A stretch of 64,000 nucleotides of DNA from Oikopleura dioica (lineage: Eukaryota; Animalia; Chordata), in the NCBI GenBank assembly GCA_907165135.1, contig OU015570.1, positions 1,364,001 through 1,428,000 of the forward strand, given 5' to 3'. Positions 1-12,404 of this stretch are shown piece after piece. A program made the position numbers and the translations under genes. Within the stretch, counting starts at the first letter, position 1. Every line of letters begins with the position of its first letter. The notes beneath the pieces were generated by a model, which saw nothing but the letters and a program-made list of their open reading frames with translations, had not been told where the DNA came from and made no database searches.

Positions 1-737
1 GAAGGCGGAAAAAATCGCCATTTTCACGCTTAGTACTATTTATACCCATTTTTACGTGGGCAAAAATTTCGGGTTAAGATGTTTGTTAAGGGATAGTGTG
101 ATACATCAAAATGATTCTCAGAAAGCTAGGAATATATGGCACAAAAACTTTTTAACGCCCATTTTTCTCTTTTCTTCCATTTCTTCCATTTTGGTCACTA
201 GACTGGGATGGACACTAGGTTCATGTTCGAGTTTAGGTTTCGGGCTCTGTTTTGGTTTGGGTTAGGCTTTGGTTTCGGGCATTCTATTGATCAAACGATG
301 GCATTAAAATCCATGTGCCATACATGCCACAATTGTCGTCGGCGGGTGAAATTCCGGTTTGTCGTTGTAAGGTTAACATGCCATGAGACCTGTGATAAAG
401 AGTTGAAAAAACAGGGGAATCCCTTGAATTCAAAAACCAAGGAGGGAGAAAAAGGGGGGAATCGGCCATTTGGCCGTCAAGCTCAATTTAAATTCAAGGC
501 GAGGGAAGGGGGCCCCGGGCGGCTGAAAAAAATTTGTACGGGCGCGGGCGGGCGCGGGGGCCAAATCAGAAATTTTTTGCGGTCGCGGGCGGGCGCGGGG
601 GCCAAATCAGAAATTTTTGCGGTCGCGGGCGGGCGCGGGGCCAGATCCGAAATTTTTGCGGGTACGGGGGGCGCGGGCGCCCGCAGCCCCCGCCCGCCGC
701 CCCCGCGGGGTTCGCGGGCGGGTTTTTTCCAACACTG
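1..737 (-). mobile_element. Non-autonomous hAT-like DNA transposon, partial (runs off left edge), inserted in the 5' LTR of element A1
   Basis: Near-exact reverse complement of 39436-40170; ends in TIR ...TTTTCCAACACTG at 737; GC-rich subterminal repeats (GCGGGCGGGCGCGGGG). The full copy at 39436 has an 8-bp TSD. Confidence 0.85.
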
Positions 738-768
738 GATAGAGATAGTAGAAGTAGCACCCTAACAA

Positions 769-781
769 TGGTGTCAGAAGT
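769..781 (+). promoter_or_regulatory. Primer binding site of A1 (tRNA-Leu type)
   Basis: TGGTGTCAGAAGT one base after the LTR end; complementary to the 3' end of tRNA-Leu (...ACTTCTGACACCA). Same motif at 11178. Confidence 0.8.
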
Positions 782-810
782 AAACGAACTCAAAGAAGAC
801 CTAACAGGTA

Positions 811-1208
811 CAGTTATTTTCCTATTTTGTGGACATTTTTTGTCCCAAATTTTCATAAAAATGTCCACAAAAGTGGGCAAGAGTCTTCAAAAAAATGTCC
901 CGCCGTACTGCCTTAAAATTTTTTTCTTCGATAAATTTTTCTTCATTAATGGCGAATTATATCATCAAAATGCCTTTGTTTTGACTGTTATACCAGTTTT
1001 GGTCAATTAAACTGTATTAGACTTTGATTTCTTATCAAAAACATCCTTATTTTTGAAAAAAACACCCTGTTAATTCCTCACAAATTTTCTTAGCTGGACA
1101 AATGTCCACAAAAGTGGAACATTATCCTTGCAAAAGTGTCCCACAAAAACCCCTTTAAATGAAGAAAATGTCCACAAAGTTGGGGTCCACAAAAGAGGAA
1201 AAAAACTG
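811..1208. mobile_element. Tc1/mariner-like MITE in the A1 leader
   Basis: TIRs CAGTTATTTTCCTATTTTGTGGAC / GTCCACAAAAGAGGAAAAAAACTG, TA on both sides. Related element A2 shows the empty site (TAACAGGTATGTAAA, ~11213-11227). Partial copies at ~9288 and ~25072. Confidence 0.9.
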
Positions 1209-1420
1209 TATGTAAAATTGGGGAAAACAAAAAGTAAATAGGAATTTAACCAAGTAGACAAATAAGACAGTATATAACTCACTCCTAAAGGCCTTACTGT
1301 GAAGTTCAGCCCTGAGTCATTGCGATAGCTTGCATCCAGAATTCTGGCCCCAAGTTTAGTGGCTCACACCTGAACAGGTGACAGTTTTTGACCTTATATC
1401 GATGTAACCCGTTTAGGAGC

Positions 1421-1755
1421 TTAATTACCCCCTGATTTGCCATGAGGCCATTGTAAGACCTGAGCGGTCGCAGGGATACCTGTTGTAATGCCGCCGGGCT
1501 ATGCGTGCCGGAATCAAATCGGAACCCCTAATTATGTTTAATCCCCCTGATTTGCCATGAGGCCATTGTAAGACCTAAACGGTTGCAGGGATACCTGTTG
1601 TAATGCCGCCGGGCTATGCGTGCCGGAATCAAATCGTTATCCCTAATTATGTTTAATTACCCCCTGATTTGACATGAGGCCATAGTAAGACCTAAGCGGT
1701 TGCAGGGATACCTGTTGTAATGCCGTCGGGCTATGAGTGCCGGAATCAAATCTGA
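1421..1755 (+). repeat. Three tandem ~115-bp units in the A1 leader
   Basis: Unit CCCCCTGATTTGCCATGAGGCC...CAGGGATACCTG...GCCGGAATCAAATC repeated three times; a fourth, truncated copy in A2 at ~11560-11645. Confidence 0.92.
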
Positions 1756-1879
1756 TAATCCCTAGATAATTCTAATTCATTACTTGTTTAAAGGGGGAAA
1801 TATAATTACATCAAAATCGGATCTTGATTGACCGCGCTAATATCAAGGCACACTAATAAAAATCAAAGGTCTCCTCACG

Positions 1880-2400
1880 ATCTCGAGTGTTTAACTCCAC
1901 ATCGAAGGGGAAAAATGTTTGTTTATTACACAGCCCACTTATGCACGCGAAGTCAAGCAAGTTTCCGCTTGATATTATCTGATATCGTAATAGTAGACGT
2001 AAAAGTAGTCAATCGGAAAAATCTCCACATGAAGGAAGGATCACGGTTGACCGTGGCTAAGTCATGGCGCACTTATCAGTCATATTGTTGCAGATTTCGG
2101 TCATGAGTTTGATAACTCCCCATCAAAATAAAGTGACTTTTGTCGATAATATCGCTACCGCCTACCCGCGAAGTCAATCATGCTTCCCCTTTATCATGAG
2201 CTTGTTATTTTTTGAAATATTTGTAAAACATATATTTAGATCAAGACAGGATGAGATTTGACCGCATCAAAGCCATGGCTCTCTAAGCAAACAGACAAGT
2301 CCATGATTCCGGTCATGAGTGTTTATACTCCTCATCGGAGCAGGACCATGTTTGTCGATTACACAGCCTATGCTCGTGCGTCAAGTCGAACGCGTTACCG
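1880..2400 (+). repeat. Three degenerate ~210-bp tandem units
   Basis: Recurring (TCATGAGT)GTTTA(T)ACTCC.CATC ... GTCGAT.AT ... CGCGAAGTCAA at ~1885, ~2100 and ~2310. Confidence 0.6.
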
Positions 2401-2769
2401 CATGATCATAAGGTTTATTGCATTTACCGTTTTATTGTCATGAAAAAACAAGAACAAATGAATAGCCTCGAATATTCTGGAGAAGATGCAATCATTTGTG
2501 ATAAAATGGCTACGAGCCAATCTCGAAATGCTTCGAAATGCGCGAAGCCAATTCGAAAAGTAAATTTGAAATAACTTGACCCTTATGTCTTCTCGTAAAT
2601 CAGAGACAAAGCGAGCGTATTATAAGATAAAATCGCTGTTTCAGGGAATCGACAGAAGTGAACGAATCGAACAAAAACTGAATAAGGAAGATGATGGACC
2701 TCCAGGATTTATGGGCAATTGGTCATTGCGAAATATCATAATCTTTTAGACTGAAATCTTCCACGCATT

Positions 2770-3483
2770 ATGAGTCGCGTTAAAAATGATAACATAGACA
2801 GAACGGAAGCCGTCCTTAATCCGGTAAAATGGGGAATAAAGCAATGGAACCCTCGGACGGAATCACTTCTAGACCACCTGAGCCATGCTTTGAGCATCTT
2901 GGAATCTGCCCGACAGAGGGGTACAAACATAGAAGATCTTTGCGCGATTTTGTTGATGTCGCTTCCAAACCGATTGAACTATTTACACCACCTTATTCAG
3001 GAAGAGGAACGAACCAACCTCGCAAGATTTACAACTAACCTCCTGGTTTATTGAGGCGTGTCGCCATCGAAGCTTACCGAAAAATCGCTAGAAAGTAGAA
3101 AACATTCTGGCGAATCATTAATCGCGTATCTGGGAAGACTAAAATTTATCGACGAACTTGCCTGTGCTCAAAGCGGAGAACCGATGATTCAAACATTATT
3201 TCATCGAGTTATGGCTGCGGCTGACATCGGAACAAAGACAGAATTGCGAAGAAGCCTCGAACATAAACTCGACACAAACACGATGAATTTTTTGGACCTT
3301 CAACAAGCATGCTTGAATGCAATGAAATTGAGGAAACCAAAAGAGGATGCCGGGATTTTCCAAATTAACTTGCAAGAAAATACTACAGAGCAAATACGGG
3401 AAAATGATACTGATTCGTCAGATGATTCTGTGTACGAGTTTTTTCCTGAAAATGACGGCTCTTTGTACTCTGCCGAAGAATGA
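2770..3483 (+). pseudogene. Gag (capsid)-like ORF of A1 with one in-frame TGA at 3052-3054
   Basis: ORFs 2770-3054 and 3058-3483 are in the same frame; RKHSGESLIAYLGRLKFIDELAC resembles the retrotransposon gag (Q-x-x-G-E-S-x-x-x-Y/F-x-x-R-L) motif; position after the leader fits. Confidence 0.7.
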
Positions 3484-3572
3484 TTGCTCGAATTTACAAC
3501 GACTTTCCATCGACTTCGAAATAACCAAGATTATCAAGTATCGGGTTTATCATCCTTTATTTAATTTAGAAA

Positions 3573-4007
3573 ATGAGTCGAGTCGAGAATCAAGTCAGTG
3601 TCGCAGAAATACTGCTCATTAGGGATAACATTTTTGGTCGTATCGATCAAGCAATGTATCAAGATCATCAACAGATCCTTGATATTCTGAGTGAAACGAA
3701 AAAGGAATTTCAAGAACGAATGACTGCTGACGCATCTATAATCTGGGAAATACGAGGAATTATCAAGTCTATGAACAAGAATACAAACAAGAAGATTCCT
3801 TTACTGCTGCCTAACGCTTTAAAATCTGCATTACCAGAAGAAAATTTGATTCCTGCCTTTTATTCTGCACTCAATCTCTTGGTCATGTGCAGTCAGAATG
3901 TAGAAAGAGGACGAGTTATACGCGAACAAGTAGGAGTCTGGCTACCTCTGTATGGAGGCCGAGAGCAGTCTCTACGCGAATGTTGTAGTTCAAAAGAATC
4001 AACTTGA
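3573..4007 (+). CDS. Unknown ORF inside A1, followed by decayed coding-like sequence to ~5400
   Basis: 144-aa ORF downstream of gag; no RT, protease or integrase motif recognised. Confidence 0.3.
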   Translation: MSRVENQVSVAEILLIRDNIFGRIDQAMYQDHQQILDILSETKKEFQERMTADASIIWEIRGIIKSMNKNTNKKIPLLLPNALKSALPEENLIPAFYSALNLLVMCSQNVERGRVIREQVGVWLPLYGGREQSLRECCSSKEST

Positions 4008-5676
4008 CGCCAAATTACCGACAAAGCATAGACAAAGCTGTTAAAGCTGTTAAAGATGCACTTGCAAACTGCTTAGCCCAAAGAAAACGGAAAAAATCAA
4101 ACGAAATTGGACAACGTGTGCTCAAGAACGAAAGAAAATAAATTTGACGAAGATTTTCACCAATTTTTGGTATCCTTGGAAACCGACATTGAGAACAAGC
4201 AACAAAAAGCGGATGATCCCTTTGCCCCGTTGTTGGAGATAAATTGAAATGAAAGGAATCATCATGTAAGAATTGAAAAAACAAACGAACGACATCAAAA
4301 CTCACTGCGCTTTCACATTGTCGGAACAAATATGAAAATTTTATTCGAAAACTAAAAGCGATTGAATGTTTAGAAAACCCTTGATGGAGCTGAAGAAGCT
4401 AGCAAGATTTTAAAACCAAAGTCAAGGTAACCTGATCTGTATGATTTCACCGAACAATCTTTAAGATTTGAAACTAGCATACTGGGTGGTGAGTTAGTCC
4501 AAGGAGTTGTAACTTGGATTCACAGCCGCCATAGAGTAAACCAAGCCTAACGACAAAATTGATAGAGATTATTTAAAGTTAACCAATCGAAGTCCTTTTG
4601 TCCGCCTGGAAAACGAAGCGGGCTTGACTTACTTAATATGACCCGTATCTTTCTCTGCACTGCGAGAAACCGATACGACCAGTAGAATTCATTCCGAAGA
4701 TTTCTTGCGAGTAAATTAATTATACAGATATGGAAAAAGTTGTTTGAAAATAATTATTTAGAAAGCAACGATTGTTGCTTTGAAAACGAAGGAATCTAGA
4801 TGTCAATCGAGAGCTTATTTGCGACAAGGACACTTCAAATAAGCCTCCCCAACGATGACGACTTTGGAAATCTGTCGACAGTAAGAATGAGAGGTGGTCG
4901 TTACAAAGTCAAAGTTAAAGTCTAGAATTGAACGAGTCGAAAGAAATCGAGTGTGTTTGAAATCCACCAAGTGTCCGAAGGAAAAAAAAACGTTACCTCG
5001 TATCGACTACAATGGTCTTATTTGAAAAGGTTCTCCACCCAAGGGGAACGGTCTCAATAAAATGCCTAGTCATATTTGTTGTTAAAGGAGAACTTCAAAA
5101 GAAGATCAACAAGCGACGATAATGAAGATTGTCTTCGCTGAAAGTTTACCCTATCAAACAATGCGGAAGAATAAAGCAGATTCCCTACTGACAAAATTCA
5201 GTTTGTCATCCGATACTGAAACTCTTCACAAAATATTGGTGGGGAAGGGTGTATATGACAAGTAGAGGATAACAGCATTTTGCGAAAATTAAATTGAGGA
5301 AAAATTCGACAAGACTTTGAAGGAGATTCGTCAACAATTTGTTTTCGAAATCATAACGCCTTCACTCAAAAGCCATCCTTCAAAAACAAAAACTTAATTC
5401 TTTATCCTCAAAATTTTCGAGATGCATAACGAATGTAAGATAAAACGAAACCAGTTACCAAATAACCTGTTAGATTTAAAAGAAAGAAACAAATTTCTTG
5501 GTTCAAAAGTTCTCTCTCCCCGAGCTGAATCCGATAACCCGAACCATTTGGGAGCCTGCTATGGATGGGCGCTTCAGTCACGCGCCGAAATATTTTTTGG
5601 ATTCCGAGCGCCGTGTGGGCACAATTGTGCGACTCCAAGCGGCCGGGCTGTAACTTCTTGTGCGGGCAGGGGAGAG

Positions 5677-5941
5677 TGTAACGGTGCTACTACTATTATG
5701 TAATCGGATTGTTCTGGAGAATTCTAGAAGCGTAGCGCTTCCGGCTCACCGTCGCTCCTAGCGAGCACGCACCTGCGGCGAGTATATAGAGAAGCGTAAC
5801 CGCCTGAAATAGGCATTCGGACTGAGTGTCCCAAAGATAAGAATTTAGATAATAAATACCCCTTTTTACACTTAACCGGTTTGTTGTCCTTTTTTTATAT
5901 GCAAAAACAGAGATAGAGATAGTAGAAGTAGCACCCTAACA
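5677..5941 (+). repeat. 3' LTR of A1 (265 bp)
   Basis: TGTAAC...CTAACA, preceded by a PPT; TATA-like TATATAGA and AATAAA inside; clearly homologous to the LTR at 10895-11175. Confidence 0.9.
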
Positions 5942-6958
5942 ATAGAAGTAATTCGTCTTTGAGTCTTCGAGACAGGATATTTTTGAGCGAAAAATCGGCT
6001 TCTCAAGAGAAAAACTTCTTTCTTTATGCATTGCTAGTTGCTCTTTTTACTTTTCCAAATGATTGTAATTTATAAAAATTGAATGAAATCAAATTTGAAA
6101 TTTTAAAGTATTTTAAATTAAAAAAAATAGTAGAGTTTTATTGCCAATGTTTAGCTTTCGGAGTTGAGCTCCATTGTCAAAACACTAAGGATGATTAAGT
6201 ACAGAATGCAGTTAAATACTCTCTTACGTGAGTCCGAGGTGGCACATGATTTAATCGGAACTGAAGAATATTGAGAAGAGAAAGAGATGAAAACATTTTA
6301 TCTGGAAGATTTTTGGTTTTAACAGAGGTGTTAATTGGATAAAAGGCTGTTGTCCAGGATGCCAAGGCTAGTATGATCTTTGAATGACGTGAAGCCTGCT
6401 TGCTGATCCAATATAGTAGCTTGAATGACTGTATGTCGATGCAGTAGCGAGACGTTTACAAAGAGGCTCACAAAGAGCTTTCTTTATATTTGTTTATTTA
6501 AATTATAGTAAATTAGTCCCGATCTCTCGCTAACATAGCTATTTATGGTCAGTAGTGATAACGCCTAATAAGGGCGCTCTCACTTACTTCCTTCACTAAC
6601 ATTCTTCCTCCTCGGGGGTTTACGAAAAGCTAAGTTAATGAGAGATACGGTAGAAAAATCACCAAAAATAGATGAGAATGGCTAAGTAGAAAAGAATTCA
6701 GAACCGATGACGAGGAGAGCTAAAAGAAAAAGGTTGAGAGTAGAGAACAGAAGAGAATGAATTTTTTAACAGAATGAAAAGGTTGTTCATAAACGATTCG
6801 TTGATCTTCTTAAGTATGTCGTTTGAAAAGGTCGTTATCTTTGAACGTGATCAAGCCCCGGCTGTCGTGGATTGAGCAATACATTCGTCAATAAATTGTC
6901 ATTAATCCATATCGTAAAGTTTGGCGAATACAGGAGATTGGTAGCCTAGCAATTCAAA

Positions 6959-7336
6959 TTGAGTACCACTCCATCGATTATTTTTGACCAGAGAATGTTT
7001 TTGAACCAGCGTCGTCCAGTAACCCCCTTTCGTTGCTCCCAGTGCGTTTTTCTCAGCGATGTCCGCAAGACGGTGCAAAACCATGCCAGGAGCCAGCATC
7101 CGGCTGACGGAGGTCGACCCAGGGAAGAGCACGTAACAGAGGTCGGCCGCGTCGTTATCAAATTCAAGCGGTTGCTTCACAACTCGGCTCTCGGTTTGCA
7201 TTCCCAAGCAGAGTTAATATCGCATTATATTGGCGAGAATGACCAAAACTTTTCGCTGCTTCACTCTGCTCGTTCCATTGGACTGAAAGATTCACTTTCC
7301 TGTCCAGCATTTCGCACGTTTTTCTTGAGCGTCTGA
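6959..7336 (+). pseudogene. Gene fragment with one C2H2-type zinc finger
   Basis: FRCSQCVFLSDVRKTVQNHARSQH fits C-x2-C-x12-H-x4-H; no complete gene model visible. Confidence 0.45.
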
Positions 7337-8071
7337 GAAAACTACAAGGATCGTGCCGGATTCCAGGAGCCAGTACGTGCTCTTCACGCACTGTCTCACT
7401 TGCAAGTTGGATCCTCGGCAACTCTGACGCCTGGACGAATATTGCCCTCACGAGGCCAAACTTACTGGCAACAAAACCTTTGCCGAGAACATCCAGAGCG
7501 TAACTTACGCCGCAGTATTTGAGCACGCTCTTTGTTGGGATCAAGTTGGACAGCTCGGATATATTTGTGGCTCTGGAAACCACTATCTATCCTTGTCTGC
7601 TGCAAATTCGATCTGGCGGACTCGACATGGTGAAGGTTTGATTGTTATTTTGTACTATTCCACTCATCTGTTTTTAGGAGGAATTGTTCCTGAAGACGAG
7701 AGGCCATTGGAGATTTCGGTTGAGCCAGAACTTCTAAAGAAAACGATTTCTCGTGTTTGTCGTGACCTGGTCCTACAACTCCAAAGGTCGTCTCATTATG
7801 GCCCAAATCGAGAACACGAGACCATCATCCGTCCTCTTTCTTGCTCTGCGTGTTACGCATGTATCCTATTTCCAAAAGAATAAATCAATTGACACTTTGG
7901 CATCTTGTTATTTTGAGACTTTCCAGTACGGTGGGCATTCCTGCCAAGGAAATTTAATTACAGCGATAGAGTGTTGTTGAACGTACCACTTGTCCAGCGT
8001 TTTACGACGGTTCACCGTGGCATTTTTAAGAGTATCCCCTCATTAAAAACAAGATAAGTGTTAACGACGTA

Positions 8072-8232
8072 CAGTGGGTTGCGCAGGTAGTTGCCCCCTA
8101 AAGAGCGGGCGAAGGGTCAACCAATCCTGCAATCACTTTGAGCAAGTCTAGAAAGAAACAATAGAAAAAGCGCGGGCGAAGGGGCAACCAAAGCGGCAAT
8201 CGCAAAGGGGCAACTACCTGCGCAACCCACTG
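8072..8232. mobile_element. Tc1/mariner-like MITE
   Basis: TIR CAGTGGGTTGCGCAGGTAGTTGCCCC and its perfect reverse complement; TA flanks. Confidence 0.9.
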
Positions 8233-9388
8233 TAAGGGTATGTCGCGACATCGCTTTGTCCAGCTTTTTATGAGGTATCGAAGCCACCACCACTTAAGGT
8301 TATCTTTCATAGAGTGCCAAGTTTAACATCGCGCTGCTAAAGATTTTTCCAGGTCTCCAAGTTATCGCCAAATAGGATTTGAAAAAAAAGTTAAGGAGTG
8401 AATTTTCTGATTAAAGTTTTGATTGTTTTGAGGCGATCTGATGATTCGTTAGTTCTGAGAATTGGGCGTATCGGAGCACGTAGATTCAGCTCTCTCACTC
8501 AACATCCATAAACGTTTGTTCATTTCCATGATGAACTTCTTTTTGCTTCTTCCTTCTCGTGTTGTTGGCGCGTTTTGGGCCCGTACTGTTGTGTCATTGA
8601 CCTTTGTTTCTTGTAGTCAAAGCCAAGGAATTGGATTTTCATCCCATGCTCCTGACTAAGTCGTTGACACGCCCGATGAAGGGATTTTTCCATTTCTGCT
8701 TTTTCCTTGTCTTGCGACTTGTCGAGCGCTTGTTTTTTCTGAGGTGTATCTCCTTCCTTTTGTGATCGCGTTTTTCTCTTTCCGTGGCCACTCATTTTTT
8801 TGGATAAACTGGAAGAATGAAGTTGCTGACCAAGCAGAGGGGTGGAGTTTTCTTTACCGTTTGCAAGGTTCTAAGAACGCATGGCTTCCTGCGATTGAAT
8901 GTTGTCTTTGATAGACGTGCGTAAGTCAATGAATATGGAAAGCCAAAACAGGTGCCATCCTCGGGATGGAACCAGTGTGCTTTGACAGAAATTTTGGAAT
9001 TATTGGTGAATCAAATGGCTTTGAGTACGGCTTCAGAGGCAGGTCCAGTGGCAAGTCGATGGCGCATGATAAATGTCTTACTGGCATGAATGCTATAAAG
9101 AAATCGGTCGCATCGGAATGGTTTGTACAGGATCTCAAATTGATTTTGGGAGACTTGAAAAGAGCATCGTTCGAATCTGATGGAACGCTCCTCACCAAAC
9201 AAATAACCCTTAAACAGGCCTCTGCTGACAGCGACTAAGACAAAAACCCCAACCGGAGAGAATTCCTCAAAGAACAAACACTTAATACAGTTATTTTCCT
9301 CTTTTGTGGACATTTTTGTATCTGGTCAAGAGTCGCCTCTGATCCACGATGTCAGTCAAAAGCTCGAGAAATAATCCTGAAGATTATA

Positions 9389-10822
9389 CAGTTTGAAGCA
9401 CTTTTAAGGCCGACCCTTTTAAGGGATCCCCCTGTTTTTTCAAGTCTTTCATAGGGGATTATATCTGGCATATTTAGATTCCTCGTGATCTGAGGATCAT
9501 TTTGATGTATAACAAGACCCCTTTACGAACATCTATCCCTGAAATTTTAGCCTTCGAAAATTGCAAAAATGCATGTTATTTATACTTAGCGTAAAAATCG
9601 GAATTTTTTTCGACTTTTCAATAACATCGAAATGAGACATTTAAGGTGTCTTTCGAAAGCTTAGAATATGCTTATTAAGAATTTTTTAACCGCACTAGAC
9701 TTTTTGACAAAATGTTGGCGCTAGAGAGCATTTTACCTCCAAAAAACGCCAAAAATGGTCCCAATCGCTTGTTCTAAAGAAAAGTTTTTAATTACTTGGC
9801 CAAATTTTTTCTCTGTACTAGAGATTAAAGATTACGCCTCGGTCTATCTAAATTTAGTCGGAGATTGTGTCTATCTAAGCCCAAATTGGCTGAATTACGA
9901 CTCAAAAATAGCCTTAAATGGCCTTTTTTTCGAAATTCTCGAACTTTGGCCCCTCCTAGTGGTAGGTTTGCCTTGAGCAAAAAACTTCTCTGTACTAGAG
10001 AATAGCGGATAGCATCTGAGCTTTACGTAGAGCTATTGTACGCCCAAATACATAAGCGCAAATCGGCTGAATTTCCAGTCAAAGATGGCCAAAACGGGGG
10101 ATCCCTTAAGGCCACTTTTTCGAAAAATTCCGAAAATCTGTCATCCTAAAAATCCACTTTAAGGCCACTTTCCCTTCAATTTCAGTTCAAAATCCGAAAG
10201 TTACAGTGTCACTTGAAAAAGCTTTCTATCTTAGACTGCGTGATGCCTTGTGTTTTTATCTTTATTTTTCTTTTTGGTATTTTTCGATGTTTTTTCTCGA
10301 CTTTTTCAATTAACGATGATTTCTTACGGTCTTGTTTGAATTTACACTTAGATTTAGCTAGGGTTAACCATTTTTCTTTCGAAAAAGCTCAGCAATTGTC
10401 TTCTTCACGTCACTATTCTTTGACGTCTTCACTAGAATCTCTTTATATCTTTTTTCTAAGCATTTGCCATGTTGATTCTTTTTTAAGACATGCTTTAAGA
10501 ATATAATTTTTTAAAAAAAAGGAAAGAAAGAATCAGAATTGAGTTCAATTTAACGGACATATTCTGAAAAAGGCTGCAATTCATACTTTGTTCGGGCGAA
10601 AAAAATAACACTTTTTCTATTCTTTAGAAAATAAGTTGAAAGTATATTCCAAGAACAGTGAAAGAAAGTTAAGTTCCAAATAATTTTATAAACCCTCATT
10701 TATCTTTTATTCCCAAGAAAGAAAAATTTGTAGTCATCCGACTCGAGACAAAATATCCATTTTAAGGCCACTTTTGAAATTCGCTGTCATCCGAAAATCG
10801 GCCTTAAAAGTGCTTCACACTG
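9389..10822. mobile_element. Non-autonomous Tc1/mariner-like element (~1.43 kb)
   Basis: TIRs CAGTTTGAAGCACTTTTAAGGCCGA / TCGGCCTTAAAAGTGCTTCACACTG, TA flanks, internal repeats of TTAAGGCCAC and GTCATCC. Confidence 0.85.
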
Positions 10823-10894
10823 TAAATAATACGTCAACAGTTTATGACCTAATGCATCTTCAGACGAATTACGGTGAGGACATTGACTAAATAA

Positions 10895-11645
10895 TGTAAT
10901 GGTGCTACTACTATTATGTAATAGAGTTGCAGGGCGAAAGTCTGGAGAATTCTAGAAGCGTAACGCTTCCGGCTCACCGTCGCCTCTAGCGGGCACGCAC
11001 CCGCGGCGAGAATATAAAGAAGCGTAATTACGCATTTGGCCTGAAATAGGCATTCGGACTGAGTGTCTCATTAAGATAAGATTAAGAAAAAGTACCCTTT
11101 TTACTGAAACCCTTTTTGTTATCTTTTAATATGCAACTGCAAAGATAATATAGAGAGTAGCAACACCGTATAACAATTGGTGTCAGAAGTGAAAACGAAC
11201 TCGAAGAAGAATTAACAGGTATGTAAAGATTTAAAGAAAATAATAGTAGAATAGGAAAATAATGGGTTATATAGACATGGTGACTGTTTTTGACCTGATA
11301 CCGTCGTAAACCCTTGCAGGCGTGGGGGCTAAAATGTCGTGACTATATCCGACCCCCGATACAGTAAGCCTTGACAAGGTTAAAGTGTAATGGTCAAAAC
11401 GGAAAGCCTACAATAATTGAACTTAATTTCCACCCGATTTTGACCTAAAACCGCGTAAACCCTTGCAGGCGTGGGGGCTAAAATGTCGTGACTATATCCG
11501 ACCCCCGATACAGTAAGCCCTGACAAGGTTAAAGAGTAACGGTCAAAAAGGAACCCCTAATTATGCTTAATTCCCCCCTGATTTGCCATAAGGCCATAGT
11601 AAGACCTGAGCGGTTGCAGGGATACCTGTTGTAATGCCGTCGGGG
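10895..11645 (+). mobile_element. LTR element A2: 5' LTR, PBS and truncated leader, same family as A1
   Basis: LTR 10895-11175 (TGTAAT...ATAACA) homologous to the A1 LTR; PBS TGGTGTCAGAAGT at 11178-11190; leader has a duplicated ~150-bp unit (~11290 and ~11440) then an A1-type unit, then breaks off. Confidence 0.85.
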
Positions 11646-12404
11646 TATTTTATTACTGAAGATGACTAAGGGACGGGGCTGAAACGGCCCGTAGGGCCGT
11701 CAAGCCCCTTAAATTTAAAAATCAAGGGACGGGGCTGAGATATTGTAGGTAATTTTGTGCCGGACCTTTTTGCTGGGAGACCTACAATTGTTACAGAGAA
11801 CATCATAAATAACAACAAATGGTAACCTAATACTTATCGAACTTTACTGTTATTTTAAGGGTGGGTTAATTTCTTCTAACAATTCGTAGCAATTTCGCTG
11901 AATTATTGTCCACAGTAGGTTAAATTTATCCGATCGACTGAGTTGAAGCGAAAATTGGTTTCTCTTACTTTTGAAACCCTAATCGACCTTTTTAAATTCT
12001 GATTTTTATATATTTTCAAAAAAGGACCTTTTTTAATAACATATGTTAGTTTGAAAACCGGGGGAGCCCTAGAATGTCTGAAATTTCTCGATAACTGACT
12101 GGAACTGACGACGCGGTGGGAGATGATGCGCCGAGCGCGGCGGCTGAACTAGCCTTCCTTCCATGCGCTCGGACTCTATTCACATTGCGCCCCATGTAAA
12201 GTTCGAACCTTTATGCATAAGGTGACAAAACCAAGTGGTTCGATGCTAAAATCTAGGGATTTCCGGTACTCATTGCTGTTGCTACATGTAAATAATGAAA
12301 TTAACACTTTTTGAAATCGAAAAAATACTTGTCGAGCATGGAATCGCAAGTCAAAAAGAGATTGACAAAACAAAAGAGACTTCTCACTACGGAATGAAGA
12401 AGAT

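Larger units (their letters stand above)
738..5941 (+). mobile_element. LTR retroelement A1, non-autonomous (gag-like remnant, no pol recognised)
   Basis: 5' LTR remnant 738-767 matches the end of the 3' LTR (GATAGAGATAGTAGAAGTAGCACCCTAACA). PBS TGGTGTCAGAAGT at 769-781, PPT GGGCAGGGGAGAG at 5664-5676, 3' LTR 5677-5941 with TG...CA ends. Confidence 0.88.

Noticed and set aside
208-1010. GC-rich ORFs (also 39316-39964 and 40399-40749)
   Set aside because: They are translations of hAT subterminal repeats, low-complexity and open on both strands.
1421-1755. CRISPR array or known ribozyme (twister, hammerhead, HDV)
   Set aside because: Eukaryotic context with no unique spacers or cas genes; no CUGANGA/GAAA core; partial twister-like words (GCAG...UAAUGC) lack the AAGC loop and pseudoknot pairing; HDV topology did not fit by hand.
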